A stretch of DNA of 51,038 bases from Catajapyx aquilonaris (lineage: Eukaryota). A program made the position numbers and the translations under genes. Positions 1 through 11,281 of this stretch are shown here, in pieces. The DNA is taken from the NCBI GenBank assembly GCA_000934665.2, contig KZ538726.1, positions 1 to 51,038 of the forward strand, given 5' to 3'. The notes beneath the pieces were generated by a model that saw nothing but the letters and a program-made list of their open reading frames with translations, searched no databases and had not been told where the DNA came from. How positions within the stretch are numbered: position 1 is the first letter of the stretch; the number at the start of each line of letters is the position of its first letter.

Positions 1-32
1 CAATACTTCAACCAGATGGATCCCTCACCCAC

Positions 33-397
33 CTTGTGAACGGAGTTTCTAAAGAACGGTTTCATGAAGCGATTGAAGTTATCGTAGGTGCTCCATACAA
101 TCATACCATTGTCCTGCCCTGTCCTGAGTATGTAGAGGAACTGGTACTTGAAGTGCACATTTGGCTTCTCCCTGTAGCTGCCCACCGTCATCCAGAAGCC
201 TGAAAAGCAATGATGCATTGAGTGTGTGAGAGTGTGCCAACCGTGGAGGAGGACTCACCGTGGCTCCTGTATGTCAGGAGGAATGGAGGGACGACGGTGA
301 GGATGGCGCAGACGAGGTAGAAGTAGGCCGCCTTGGAGCAGAGCGTGGAGTGGTGCCTGACCGACACGGGTCTGGAGTAGATCCGCACAACCGCCAT
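33..397 (-). CDS. TMEM231: Transmembrane protein 231 (ciliary transition-zone, MKS module), first two coding exons; the gene continues beyond the window start
   Basis: Exon 397-259 encodes MAVVRIYSRPVSVRHHSTLCSKAAYFYLVCAILTVVPPFLLTYRSH and ends at a GTGAGT donor. Exon 199-33 follows a TTTTCAG acceptor, encodes GFWMTVGSYREKPNVHFKYQFLYILRTGQDNGMIVWSTYDNFNRFMKPFFRNSVHK and ends at a GTGGGT donor. Phases are consistent. Matches my recollection of the TMEM231 N-terminus (LCSKAA..PPLLVAFRSHGFW..SYEEQPTVRF..AWSTF..FNRL). Confidence 0.9.
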
Positions 398-485
398 CGA
401 TCAAAAGAACCCGGCTTGTTTCCCTCGCACAACCCACGACAGATGGCCATCATACTCGTTCGTTGGAGGGAGCGGGGGACCGAAT

Positions 486-498
486 GTCGCCCAACAGC
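486..498 (-). promoter_or_regulatory. Candidate RFX X-box upstream of TMEM231
   Basis: Minus strand GCTGTT-G-GGCGAC fits the relaxed insect X-box consensus GYTRYY-N1-3-RRHRAC. It lies about 90 bp upstream of the ATG of a ciliary gene. Confidence 0.45.
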
Positions 499-1961
499 TG
501 GGGGGGAAAATAGCCGCTATTCATTGGCACAAGAATAAGCAGTTAAAATGCAAGTTATAAATCGCGTTTGAAATTGTCGTGTGTTTTATGTCCTGAGCAG
601 CATCGGGGAAATATTTTATATGTTGAAAATAGCCAGAAATGTTTGTTATACATATCAGCAAAGGACAACTCACTTTTCTGAATGGAGTTCTACCGGAAAG
701 TGTTTCCTGGAGGAGGACTTTAGAAGTTTAGAAGTATAGGCATATACAAAATACATAATGGGACCATATTGTCCTGAATTTGCGCTGACTGATAGAGACT
801 CGTACAAACACAACTTGGCAGCTGTTATCATAAGATGTGGCATCTGCACATTATTCGATGTGCCTCTATAAACGTAGTTTCGACAATTACATGCTGCGTT
901 TAACTATAGTGGCACACGACATGTTTCGATACAATATTTGCTGTATCTGCATCCATAGCCATTGCTCGTCCATTATCAGGATTTGGTCGCAACACATGTG
1001 GTCAGTCGCACGGTATCTGTTGGCCTATATCAGAGACCATTTCCGGTGTGATTTTATTGTAATGTCGACCTTGACCCTTGACGATAAAGCAATGCTGGGA
1101 CGTTATTATTGTGCTATCTCGTATATTATGCTCACCAAAAGCTGGATGAGCTATACCTATGTACTGTACCGGTACAGTACAGTATTTTCTTAAATTATTT
1201 TTCACGCGCCCCAGAGACTAAAGCCATTCTATAGCCTACCTATCGTATGGAAGTTCCTATCAAATCCTCACTGATGCAATATAAAAATATTTTAGTCCTA
1301 ATTCTTGTAGATCACTCAACTTATTAATTGTAGCCTATACTTGTATTATTACAAAACAGGACAATGACATGGGTGACGGATAATAATTAGCTTTTTTATC
1401 GTGGCAACAAGAAGACTGCTACACGTTGTAGAGTGTTTTACATTTCACAACTATACCACCTCATAGCAAAATTAATAATGTGCTGTTAATCATGTGCAAA
1501 ATGTCGATTACAAATCGACCAGACACAGCAGGAAGGAAGAAGAGATATAACCGGTGACACTTATCATCCTGCATGATTTATAACAGAGTGAATGGCACTC
1601 TCTCGTCCTCTTACTTGATTGACAGTCTACGTCTGAGTTTCAAAGGACCACTTTAACTTGAAGAAGCTGAAAGTAAGTAAGAGTCTGCATGAGCTTGCGG
1701 GATATTCCACAATGTTGTGACATCTACCTTATTGCATATTTTTTTGCGTGCTTGCATTGTCAAACTTGCCTGGAATGTTAATATTATAAATTATAATATG
1801 CAGTAGTTGAAGCTACATTAATAATCTTTAAAGAGGAGGGCTTCTGTTATGTTTTATGCTTCTTAATGTGTTTTGAATAATTTATATCTATCTTAATTTG
1901 CGATATATTCAAATTATATTATAAACATTAATTTCATTGCAGCCTTCTTTAATAACAAAAA

Positions 1962-4900
1962 ATGGATGCAAGATCCAATCGAGGAAAGGAATGCAAAGAA
2001 TACGGAAAGGCGTTGCTCGCAAAATTCGCCAAAGATTTTGCACAGAGGAATGAAGAGCGCACATGTACAACATAGGCTACTAAAATAATTTGTTCGAATA
2101 ATTGCACCTGTTATAAGACACTGTTGTTGTATCACCATCCAGGTGAGCTGAAGGTGGAGGTCGATTTCCGTGCCGTTGGAAACGCTGGTCCTCACAACAC
2201 CGACAAGTTTGATCTGGTCCACGAAACACCAGCGACGCCCATTTTCCGCAGGGGCCAGAGTTTTATGGTGGATGTAACCTTTCAAGATAAACCCATAAAC
2301 TTTGGTCAAGATGTTCTCAAATTTGTATTTTGCTTTGGTAAGTATTTGACATGATTATCAATTTTTGAAAATTCAAGAAGGATGTTACTATACATGCACT
2401 CGCATTGCTGTTTCATGGGGCAGGTCCAAAGAGCAGCGTGGCAACAGGGACTAAAATCATTTTGCCAATTAGTGGAAGGTCGATTTTTGGAGACGAGAAG
2501 AAAATTTGGGATTCAAGAGTGCATGCAAACAATGGGAAAAAGCTGACGTTGGAGGTAAATATGAATATTAAAATAAGTTAATAACTATGTAAAACCATCC
2601 AGTCTGAACCGAATGGAACTATTTGTGATGGATCTAGTATGACAGTGTGGTGAAAAACAATTATTGCAGCAGTAATTACAGACACATTTTTTAAAAGTTT
2701 CAAGTCCCAGCGTCGGCTCATGTTGGGATTTGGAAATGTGAAATAATCAGACGCCAGAAGAACAATCCTGACAAATTAGACAAGTACACTTGTACCGAAG
2801 ACATTTACATCCTCTTCAATCCATTTTGCAAAGGTAAAAGTAACCGAACAGCTCCCGAGAGAAACCGGATTTTATTCTGCCATCTCATTATGTTGCAGAC
2901 GACTTGGTGTACCAAGAAGACCCTGTCCTGAGACAGGAATGCGTCTTGAATGACCACGGCAAAGTGTGGGTTGGCTCTTACAAGAAGATCAGGGGTCGTC
3001 AGTGGGCCTTTGGACAGTTTGACAGGGTGGTACTCCCAACGTCGATGTATCTCATGGAGCTGTCCACTCTAAATCACAATTTGAGAGGAAATCCCGTTCA
3101 AGTGTGCAGAGCCATATCTGCAGTGGTATGTATACCCTACAGTGCCGTCTGAGTCCATACCCGGGCAATACCGACCGATAAATGTTATGGTTTTTAATGC
3201 TTGATTTCAGGTAAATTCAATTAACGACAACGGCCTACTAATGGGCAATTGGAGCAACTACTATGAAGGTGGGACTGCCCCAAAGATGTGGACGGGAAGT
3301 GTTCCTATTTTCCAGAAGTACGTTGAGAGCGGAATGTCCCCGGTACGTTACGGACAATGTTGGGTCTTCTCTGCAGCAGCAGTCACAAGTAAGTCCAATG
3401 TTTTTCGCAGTGTAAATTACACGGATAATAACGATGGGTTCACACGGAATTCGGTGTCGTTTGTTTTGTCATTGCTCTTGGGATGACCAATCAATTCGCA
3501 AGATGCGTAAGCGTGTATACAGCGCATAATGAACTATGTAATGTGCTTTTTTATAATCAGTGTGCAGAGCCATGGGCATCCCATGTCGCTCTGTGACCAA
3601 TTTCGTATCTGCTCACGACACCAACAACACACTGACCATCGATAAGTTCTTCGATGCCGACGGCGACGACATGTACCGTACAGGCGATTCCCTGTGGAAT
3701 TTCCATGTGTGGAACGAGGTCTGGATGGCCAGGCCTGACCTGCCTAAGGGTTACGGAGGCTGGCAGATCATCGATGCCACTCCTCAAGAAGAAAGCGACA
3801 GTAAGTATGAGGCAGTGTCATCATGGTCTATTATCACTAACAAATCATTGCATTTCAGATGTTTATCAGTGTGGTCCGACGTCACTAACAGCTGTGAGGA
3901 ACGGAGAAGTTGGATTCCAGTACGACACTCCCTTCGTGTTTGCTGAAGTCAACGCTGATGTCTGTCACTTCAAGGAAGATCCTGAGTCTGACTGGGGGTT
4001 TTCTATGACTCAACTGAAGGAATACACGTGAGCATGTCCTTTACACGTTATTCTGTAACCTACATTCAAAATATGTACTAAGTTATTTATGACAGCGTGG
4101 GCAAAATCTTGGTGACGAAGAGCGCTCTTAAGGATGACGATGAAGGAGATACAGATATGGAGGATGTCACAATTGGTTACAAAGACGAAGAGGGAACTGT
4201 CGCAGAGAGAATTGCGGTCATGAACGCTATTCGTGGTTGCGAAACTGCGCAGCAGTACTATTCCTGCAAGAAAGGGTGCGACGATGTATTTTTCCACTTG
4301 GTTGACATTGACAAGGTGGCTTTTGGACAGCCCTTCACCGCCACTGTCACGATGGAGGCATGTATACAATAATAGGGTCAAGATGTTGCAGTCATAACTA
4401 CACATATCTTTTACAGAGCAAATCAAAAGAGCCTAGGACCATCGCAGCAGTCCTCACCGCCAGTTCTATTCACTACAATGGCGTCATAGCACGTCCTCTG
4501 AAAAAAGGCCAGAGCAATATCATGTTGCCACCTAAGAAGAGTAAGTTCAATCGCCTTAGCCATTACCTTAACAACACTGTAAATGCAGTTTCTTTTTAAT
4601 CAATGGTATTCCCAATTAAATTCTGCATGTAACGAGATAACTATACCCGAGTATCACATTGTTGGCTTTAATTTTAGAAGAAACTTTGGAGATCCATGTA
4701 ACTGCAGAAGAGTACTTGGACAAGCTCGTGGATTACAGCCTGGTGAAGCTCTACGCCATGGCTACTGTGCAAGAGACTAAGCAGAGCTGGAGTGAAGAAG
4801 ACGACTTTGATCTAGAAAAACCCAAGTTGGATATCGAGGCAAGAACAGTTGATTATTTCGTCCTCCTCTATAGAGTTATAAATTAATATTTCTTTTATTC

Positions 4901-5336
4901 AATATAAAAAGAATATTTATAACGAAGGTCTTTGAATTGCAGATTTCGGGCAAACCTAAGGCAAACCTTCCGAGCCAAGTAAAATTCTCTTTTACCAACC
5001 CGTTGAAGATGACACTGACCGAATGCACCTTTAGTTTTGAAGGTCCAGGTCTGATGCAGCCGAAGATTGTCTCGTTCAGGTAAATCATAGCTATTCTTGA
5101 ATAAATCAAAATGGGTAATAATTTCAGCCTATTATGCTTTTCTGTGTTGCACAAACTGAGTTCATCATCATGTAACTTAACTTTTTTTTTCCAGGGACGT
5201 GAAACCTGGTGAGCATGTAGTTCACACGGAGTCGTTTGTTCCTCGGCGTACAGGACAGCGAAAGATTGTTGCAATCTTCAACTCCCATCAAATGCACCAA
5301 GTTATTGGATCCAAAGCTATGAAGATTGACGAGTAA
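1962..5336 (+). CDS. Transglutaminase TG1 (hemocyte protein-glutamine gamma-glutamyltransferase-like), 13 coding exons, about 734 aa
   Basis: Exons 1962-2064, 2143-2337, 2424-2554, 2698-2833, 2899-3125, 3211-3388, 3561-3800, 3859-4027, 4096-4357, 4417-4540, 4678-4838, 4943-5079, 5195-5336 give an open frame of 2205 nt. Motifs: IFRRGQ, LFNPF, YGQCWVF (catalytic Cys codon 3358-3360), [26 protein letters not shown] donors at 4358 and 4839. The first coding exon has a weak donor (GTACAA) and is the least certain. A probable 5'UTR exon ends at the donor 1673. Confidence 0.93.
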
Positions 5337-6093
5337 TTCTGAAAAAAAGTGGACGTCTGTGGCTTTATTATCCTGCATAATATTGAATACTATTATCAAG
5401 TATACTCTATATAAGCGTGGGCGCATTCTAATTCCTTTTATGCAGCAATTTATTTTAGAGAATATATTCTACACTTACATGTGACAAAAAAGTGCTAACA
5501 GCATCAATATAATGCACTGTTTCCACTTTACTCAAATTACTTCACTCCACCCTACCATATGTTACACTATTAAGCACCAGTCCTAAATAAATAATCATGC
5601 ATTATTCCAATGAAATTACTTACAAGTACACTATTGGTCATTGCAACTATCCCGTTATCTGCAGTAACAGCTTCCCAACAGAGTGCCACACTACGCCGAT
5701 AAGTCCTATAAAATGGTTCCATGAGCTGGACTACTTAAGCAAGGAGGATGTTGATGATGACTTGTAAGCAAAAAGGATGGCCAGTGCGTGAAAAATAAAA
5801 CAATATATATATACATAATATTACCCACATGTCATCAGACTTCCGCAACTAGACTGATGACATGCCAGTCAACATACTGTTGTATCACATAGCTATAATT
5901 AAGCAAAATCTGCAAGGATTATGTGCTGCATAAATGTTACGTAATTTTTTCTGGTGCAGCCTTGAATATAATTTTCCTATCTCTATCTAGGCCAAAACAG
6001 CATTGAAAATTAATCAGCTGCCAAAAGGAAACTGTGATTATTGAATCGACCTCGAGCATTGCATGCATAAATTTCCGGGAGGAATCTGTTGCA

Positions 6094-6136
6094 TATAAAA
6101 GGACGCCTATTGCGTCTAGTCTCTTCCTTTTCAGTT
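6094..6136 (+). promoter_or_regulatory. TATA box and Inr-like element of TG2
   Basis: TATAAAA at 6094-6100 and TCAGTT at 6131-6136, upstream of ATG 6212 (context CAACAATG). The TATA-Inr spacing is longer than ideal. Confidence 0.55.
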
Positions 6137-6211
6137 TTCAACAGACCTGCTGTGCAATATTGATCCCAGTGGGAAATTTGAGTAGCACTTGAACGAACCA
6201 GAACAACAACA

Positions 6212-9200
6212 ATGTCCGGCCCACGAAAGCCAACTTCACGGGGCGGAAGGTCCGGTCGGTCCGTCGACTACAAGAATTTCACTAGGACCATGATGAAACG
6301 AATTTTGATCAGCAAACGGTCCGACGAGACAGAGACGGAGTTGTTGGGAGCTAACAAGTTGAATGTGGAAGTCGACTTTCACGTGATCGCAAACGCTCGC
6401 TCTCACAATACTGACCAATTTGAGCTGACCCATGAGTCACCCGGGACACCAGTCTTCCGCAGGGGTCAGCCATTCCTCATGGATATCACGTTCCAGGACA
6501 GGGCCATCAATTTCAACCAGGACGCTCTAAAGATCATCTTCAGCTTGGGTGAGTCCTACTTCTATGACCATAGGCCCACATCTATTTTGATATACTATTT
6601 GAGTCGTGGTCAGGCATGTAAAATTTGTCATCGTGTAGGTCCCAGGAGCTGCCCAGCAAAGGGCACAAAGGTCATTCTGCCCGTCAGCGGCCTTTCAATT
6701 TTCGGAGACGAAAAGAACGCTTGGGATTGTCGTGTGAGTGGAAGCGATGGAAAGAAACTTTCTCTGGAAGTAAGTAATCTGTTTAGGTTGCTACTGCATG
6801 GGTGCTTTGGCACAACAACCAACCAACCAAGAAACAAACAAAGAAGCTACTGCATCATGGGTGTGCAGTCCTAACAACTTTTATACTGATCACTCCATAG
6901 GTACAACTCCCTCCGTCAGCCCAAGTTGGAATTTGGAAATGCGAAATTCGAAGAAGTCCCAAGAACAACCTGACCGTCGTGGACCAGTTTTGCTGCCCTG
7001 CCGACATATACATCCTCTTCAATCCCTTCTGCCAAGGTATATGGCACCGGTAGTCCATATACCCATGCCGGAGGCAAGAACACAGATTCAGACTCATCAT
7101 CCGCTTTTCCAGATGACCTGGTGTACATGGAAGATCCGGTCTTGAGGAAGGAGTATGTCCTGAATGACCACGGCAAGGTGTGGGTCGGCTCTTACAAGAA
7201 AATCAGAGGTCGCCAGTGGGTGTTTGGCCAGTTTGACCCGGTGGTGCTCCCGGTGGCCATGTATCTTCTGGAGCTATCTGATATCCGGTACAGTGAAAGG
7301 GGCAGCCCAGTAAAGATGGCCAGGGCCATTTCAGCTGTGGTAAGTAGCGCTGACAATGTTTCCTTATTGTCGGCCATGTCTTCTACAAACTGTGCTTTAC
7401 TCCAGGGCAATAGTGGTGACGAGGATGGTCTGCTTTGTGGAAATTGGTCTGGTGATTACAGCGACGGAGTGGCGCCTCGAATGTGGACCGGCAGCGTGCC
7501 AATATTCGAAAATTATGTCAAAAATGGGATGTCAACTGTCTGTTACGGTCAATGCTGGGTGTTTTCTGCTGTCACCGTGACCAGTAAGTAAATATAATAG
7601 TCTGCTCTTGGGGCATTTCGCATCAGGGCATTATGCTATACAGACGTGTAATTTCTTGGGTTCAGTATGCAGGGCTCTGGGGATACCATGCCGCTCGGTA
7701 ACCAACTTCGTGTCTGCTCATGACGTGGACAATTCTCTGACCATCGACAAGTACTTCGATGCTGACGGCACCGAAATGCCATCAGGCGATTCCATGTGGA
7801 ACTTCCATGTGTGGAATGAAGTGTGGATGGCCAGACCCGACCTGCCCAGGGGGTACGGAGGATGGCAGGTGATCGACGCCACTCCACAAGAGCTGAGCGA
7901 TTGTAAGAAGTTGATATAGTCAAACTGTGATTCGATCTCTATGAGATTCATATGAATTGCAGCAATGTATCGTTGTGGGCCAACTTCGGTAGTGGCCATC
8001 AAGAACGGGGAGATCGGATACCAGTACGACGCTTCTTTCGTGTATGCCGAAGTCAATGCCGACATTTGTCACTTTATGGAGGATCCGACATCCGACACTG
8101 GATTTACTAAGACGGAAGTTAAAGAGTGCACGTAAGGTTTTGATAATAATGTACATAGACTATATACGAATGTTGCCTGGCATACACCCTTCGTAAATCA
8201 CATCATGCATGAATTTTTCTGCCATTGATGTAGCACTGGTAAGGTGGTGGCAACAAAGAGCCCTTACAAGTACGACGAGGAAGGAGACACAGACATGGAA
8301 AACATCACCCTTCAGTACAAGAGCGAGGAAGGCACCGTTGCTGAGAGAATGGCGGTGTTCAACGCCGTTCGCGGCTGCGAGAGAGCTAAAGAAGTGTACG
8401 GCTGCAAGACAGTCTGCTCGGATGTGTCTTTCCGACTGGTTGACATTGAGAAGGTCCACTTAGGACAGCCATTCAAAGTCACTGTCATTATTGAGGCAAG
8501 TGTACTTTTTAGGGGAACAATCCGAAGGTTTTCATAAGTGCTCCGTTTTCTTGACATGAAAAATTATTTAAGGTTTGAATTTTCAGAATAAGTCGGGTCA
8601 GCTGCGAACAGTTAATGCTATCCTGACAGCCAAGACTGTCTTTTATACAGGCGTAATTGCACAACCTCTGAAAAAAGGACAGCGTAATATTGTGCTGCCA
8701 CCCAAGAAAAGTAAGTGGCATACTCGCATATGACATACGATATTAGTTTCTTCTTCAGAGCTCTTTGATATTAAAAGCATACGATGTGTTGACCTGTTAA
8801 TTATTAAGCAAATGCCATTCAAAAATATAGCCTACCATTTTCCGTAAATTCACATACAATGTACCATCGGGTGCAATTAGTTCCGGCCACTTTATCTTGT
8901 TCTTGAAGCAACCCTTCGCACAGGCCCCACGGTGAGGACTGAGGAGGTGCGTGCGTGCGAAGGGTTGCTTCAAGACCAGGATAAAGTGGCCGGAACTGAT
9001 TGCACCCGATGGTACACATTGTACAGGGCATGTGATATGTACAATTATAATTTTTAGAGGAGACTCTGGAGATCACCGTGACTTCGGAAGAGTACATGGA
9101 CAAGTTGGTGGATCACAGCGCTGTCAAAATATACGCCTTGTGCACAGTGCAAGAGACGAAGCAGGTCTGGAGCGCGGAAGATGACTTCGACATGGAGATA

Positions 9201-10094
9201 CCTAAACTCAATATTCAGGTATTAATTTCCTGCATTTACTGAAGCAGGTTGGTGGAGTGGATAAGGCGTTCGACTGCTAATCGGGAGGTACTGGGTTCGA
9301 GTCCCGGGGCCGGCGATCCTGACCATGGTTTTCTGTGGTTTCCCACAGTCCTCCCAGGAAAATTCCGGGGTCACTTTCGTAAATAATAGGCCACAGCCGC
9401 CCCCTTCCTTTCCTATCCTTGACCCATCCATAGGGAGGTGCGGTGTCGGTGGGGTGCTTCCGACCCGCACCCAGGGAATTGTCTTGCAACCTGACCCCCT
9501 GGGGGACTGCACACGACCCCCAACATAAAGACAACGCACTTGCACCAGTGTCCCCTCCTCACAAATCCCTATCCTGATCCCTGCACCAGAGAGAAATATG
9601 CGAAAGAAAATTCGTAAGAAAAATTGTGGTATTTCACCTCACTAAGGGAGCCAATGGCTCCATCATGGGGTAGCAAATGTTTTTAAAAAATCCTGCATTT
9701 ATTTTACTCTCAGGATACTTAACCTGTGACCTCTTTTAGATCATGGGAACACCTAAAGCAACCACCCCATGCCAGGTCAAGTTCTCATTCACCAATCCAC
9801 TCAACATTACTTTGACCGAGTGCTTGTTTAGCTTCGAAGGTCCAGGATTGACCAAATGTAAACTTGTTGCATTCAGGTAAGATAATTCCTGTTGGATTTA
9901 TTTGCCCGTTTGCTTTTTTGTAATGAAGTTTCTTTTTAAACATTTTCCTTAGGGATGTGAAGCCAAAGGAGCAGGTAACTCATACGGAGACGTTCACTCC
10001 ACAACGAGCAGGACAGCGAAATATTGTTGCCATATTCAATTCGCACCAAATGCATCAGGTTATTGGGTCAAAGACCATGAAAGTTGGTCAGTAA
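6212..10094 (+). CDS. Transglutaminase TG2 (hemocyte TG-like), 12 coding exons, about 746 aa
   Basis: Exons 6212-6548, 6639-6769, 6901-7036, 7113-7339, 7406-7583, 7666-7902, 7963-8131, 8234-8495, 8587-8710, 9058-9218, 9740-9876, 9953-10094 give 2241 nt. Exon lengths 131/136/227/178/169/262/124/161/137/142 are identical to TG1. [15 protein letters not shown] and [11 protein letters not shown] are intact. GC donor at 8496. Confidence 0.94.
8855..9023. mobile_element. Fold-back MITE (Tc1/mariner-like TA flanks) in TG2 intron 8711-9057
   Basis: 8860-8921 is the reverse complement of 8955-9016 (62 bp, 3 mismatches). The match extends outward to TA|CAATG...CATTG|TA with a 2-bp indel, around a spacer of about 33 bp. 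Confidence 0.75.
9239..9690 (+). mobile_element. tRNA-derived SINE with 11-bp target-site duplication in TG2 intron 9219-9739
   Basis: A box TGGTGGAGTGG (9250-9260), B box GGTTCGAGTCC (9294-9304), and a tRNA-Ser(GCT)-like anticodon arm. The body (GGTTTTCTGTGGTTTCCC..CCAGGAAAATTCCGGG..AGGCCACAGCCG) resembles, from memory, locust Lm1-type insect SINEs. The end is A-rich. TSD TCCTGCATTTA at 9228-9238 and 9691-9701. Confidence 0.85.
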
Positions 10095-10900
10095 ATTGAA
10101 GAACAAATTAACCATTCAAACTGAGATATGGAGGTATACCTTTTGCACGTATTTTTGCTCATTAAGCTATTATAATGAATGCATAAAAATGTAATCTTTA
10201 TAAGTCTATATTATATAGTATTCCTTGCCTTTTGTATACTGCCCGTCGTTAGATATGCAGTGCTAAATACATCGCACTGATTTGTATAATGGGCACTATA
10301 CCATTTATACATTATACTGTATATTGTGAATCATATAGCCTATACGGTACACCTGTACACACTGTGCCGGCAAAAAAAAATTATGCAGCATACACGACCG
10401 TTTTGATTCATTCAAGCCACATCTCACTTTGCATCTATTCTTCCTGGACTTGGTTCTAAGCACAGCAGAACAAGTTTTCCTCCGTTTTTCTCCACATTAA
10501 TCTTACATTACTGCTATATTGTAGGAACATTGGAGTTTTGCATGACCCGCACTGGTATAGACCCAGGTGGTCGACCACCACTGTTAATCAGTGTTGATAG
10601 AGAGTATATTCGTCATAATTTAAAACCACGAAATAATAAAGGACCAGAGGAAAGACCAGTGCAATTCAGAATCATGTGTCCAACAATAACATTACGTCTA
10701 AAAAGAATTTTAGAAGCATCGGCTGTGATTTTTTCGGCATACAACGTATTATACCGGTGGCGGTACACTGCATATTTTTGTATACCGAATTAATTGAAGC
10801 CTACATTTGGCATTAACTGCACTTCTTATGCACTATATTGATGAGGCATACATTGCAGTAAAAAAATTGTAGTGTAAAAAATCACCAATGTTGAATCATG

Positions 10901-11281
10901 ATCGCTGTACACTTGTACAGCTGCGCATGGAGATTACTGTTCAAATCTTACCGTATACTTCCTGTATGTTTGTGACAATGATGCTTCTGACCTTGATAAG
11001 AACTGCAGGGGCTATAAAGTACAAAATTGTGAATTACAGCACTAGGTATAGGGAGGTATAGAGAATTATTTGAAGCCTGCGGCTTATATAGGCAAACACT
11101 GGCCGTAACATTCTTGATGGGGCATGCCTTGCTGTGCAAAATTTTAATTCATGAAATTATGAGAACTATACGTACTCCTAATGAAATCCAATCGCTCTAC
11201 AGCTGCGAGTGGAGATTACTGCTCAAATCTTACTTCCTGTAGGTTTGTCACAATAATTCTGACCTTGTGATAAGGATTGTA
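10901..11281 (+). repeat. Diverged direct repeat, two copies of about 90-107 bp (10901-11007 and 11191-11281)
   Basis: Collinear shared blocks ATCGCT.TAC, ACAGCTGCG, TGGAGATTACTG.TCAAATCTTAC, TTCCTGTA.GTTTGT.ACAAT and TTCTGACCTTG..GATAAG. Confidence 0.8.

Noticed and set aside
1699..1708. NF-kB-like site GGGATATTCC in the putative first intron of TG1
   Set aside because: A single degenerate 10-mer, expected by chance in a window this size; there is no conservation evidence.
3205..3216. AG|GT recursive-splice-like sites at exon starts (also 2143, 6901, 17851)
   Set aside because: Conserved codons at exon starts explain them, and the introns are far too short for recursive splicing.
9241..9315. 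Possible tRNA-Ser(GCT) gene
   Set aside because: There is no proper acceptor stem or long Ser variable arm, and the sequence continues into a SINE body bounded by a TSD.
10530..10793. ORF with GGRPPLL resembling a Tc1 transposase N-terminal motif
   Set aside because: Too short, with no DDE domain or terminal repeats.
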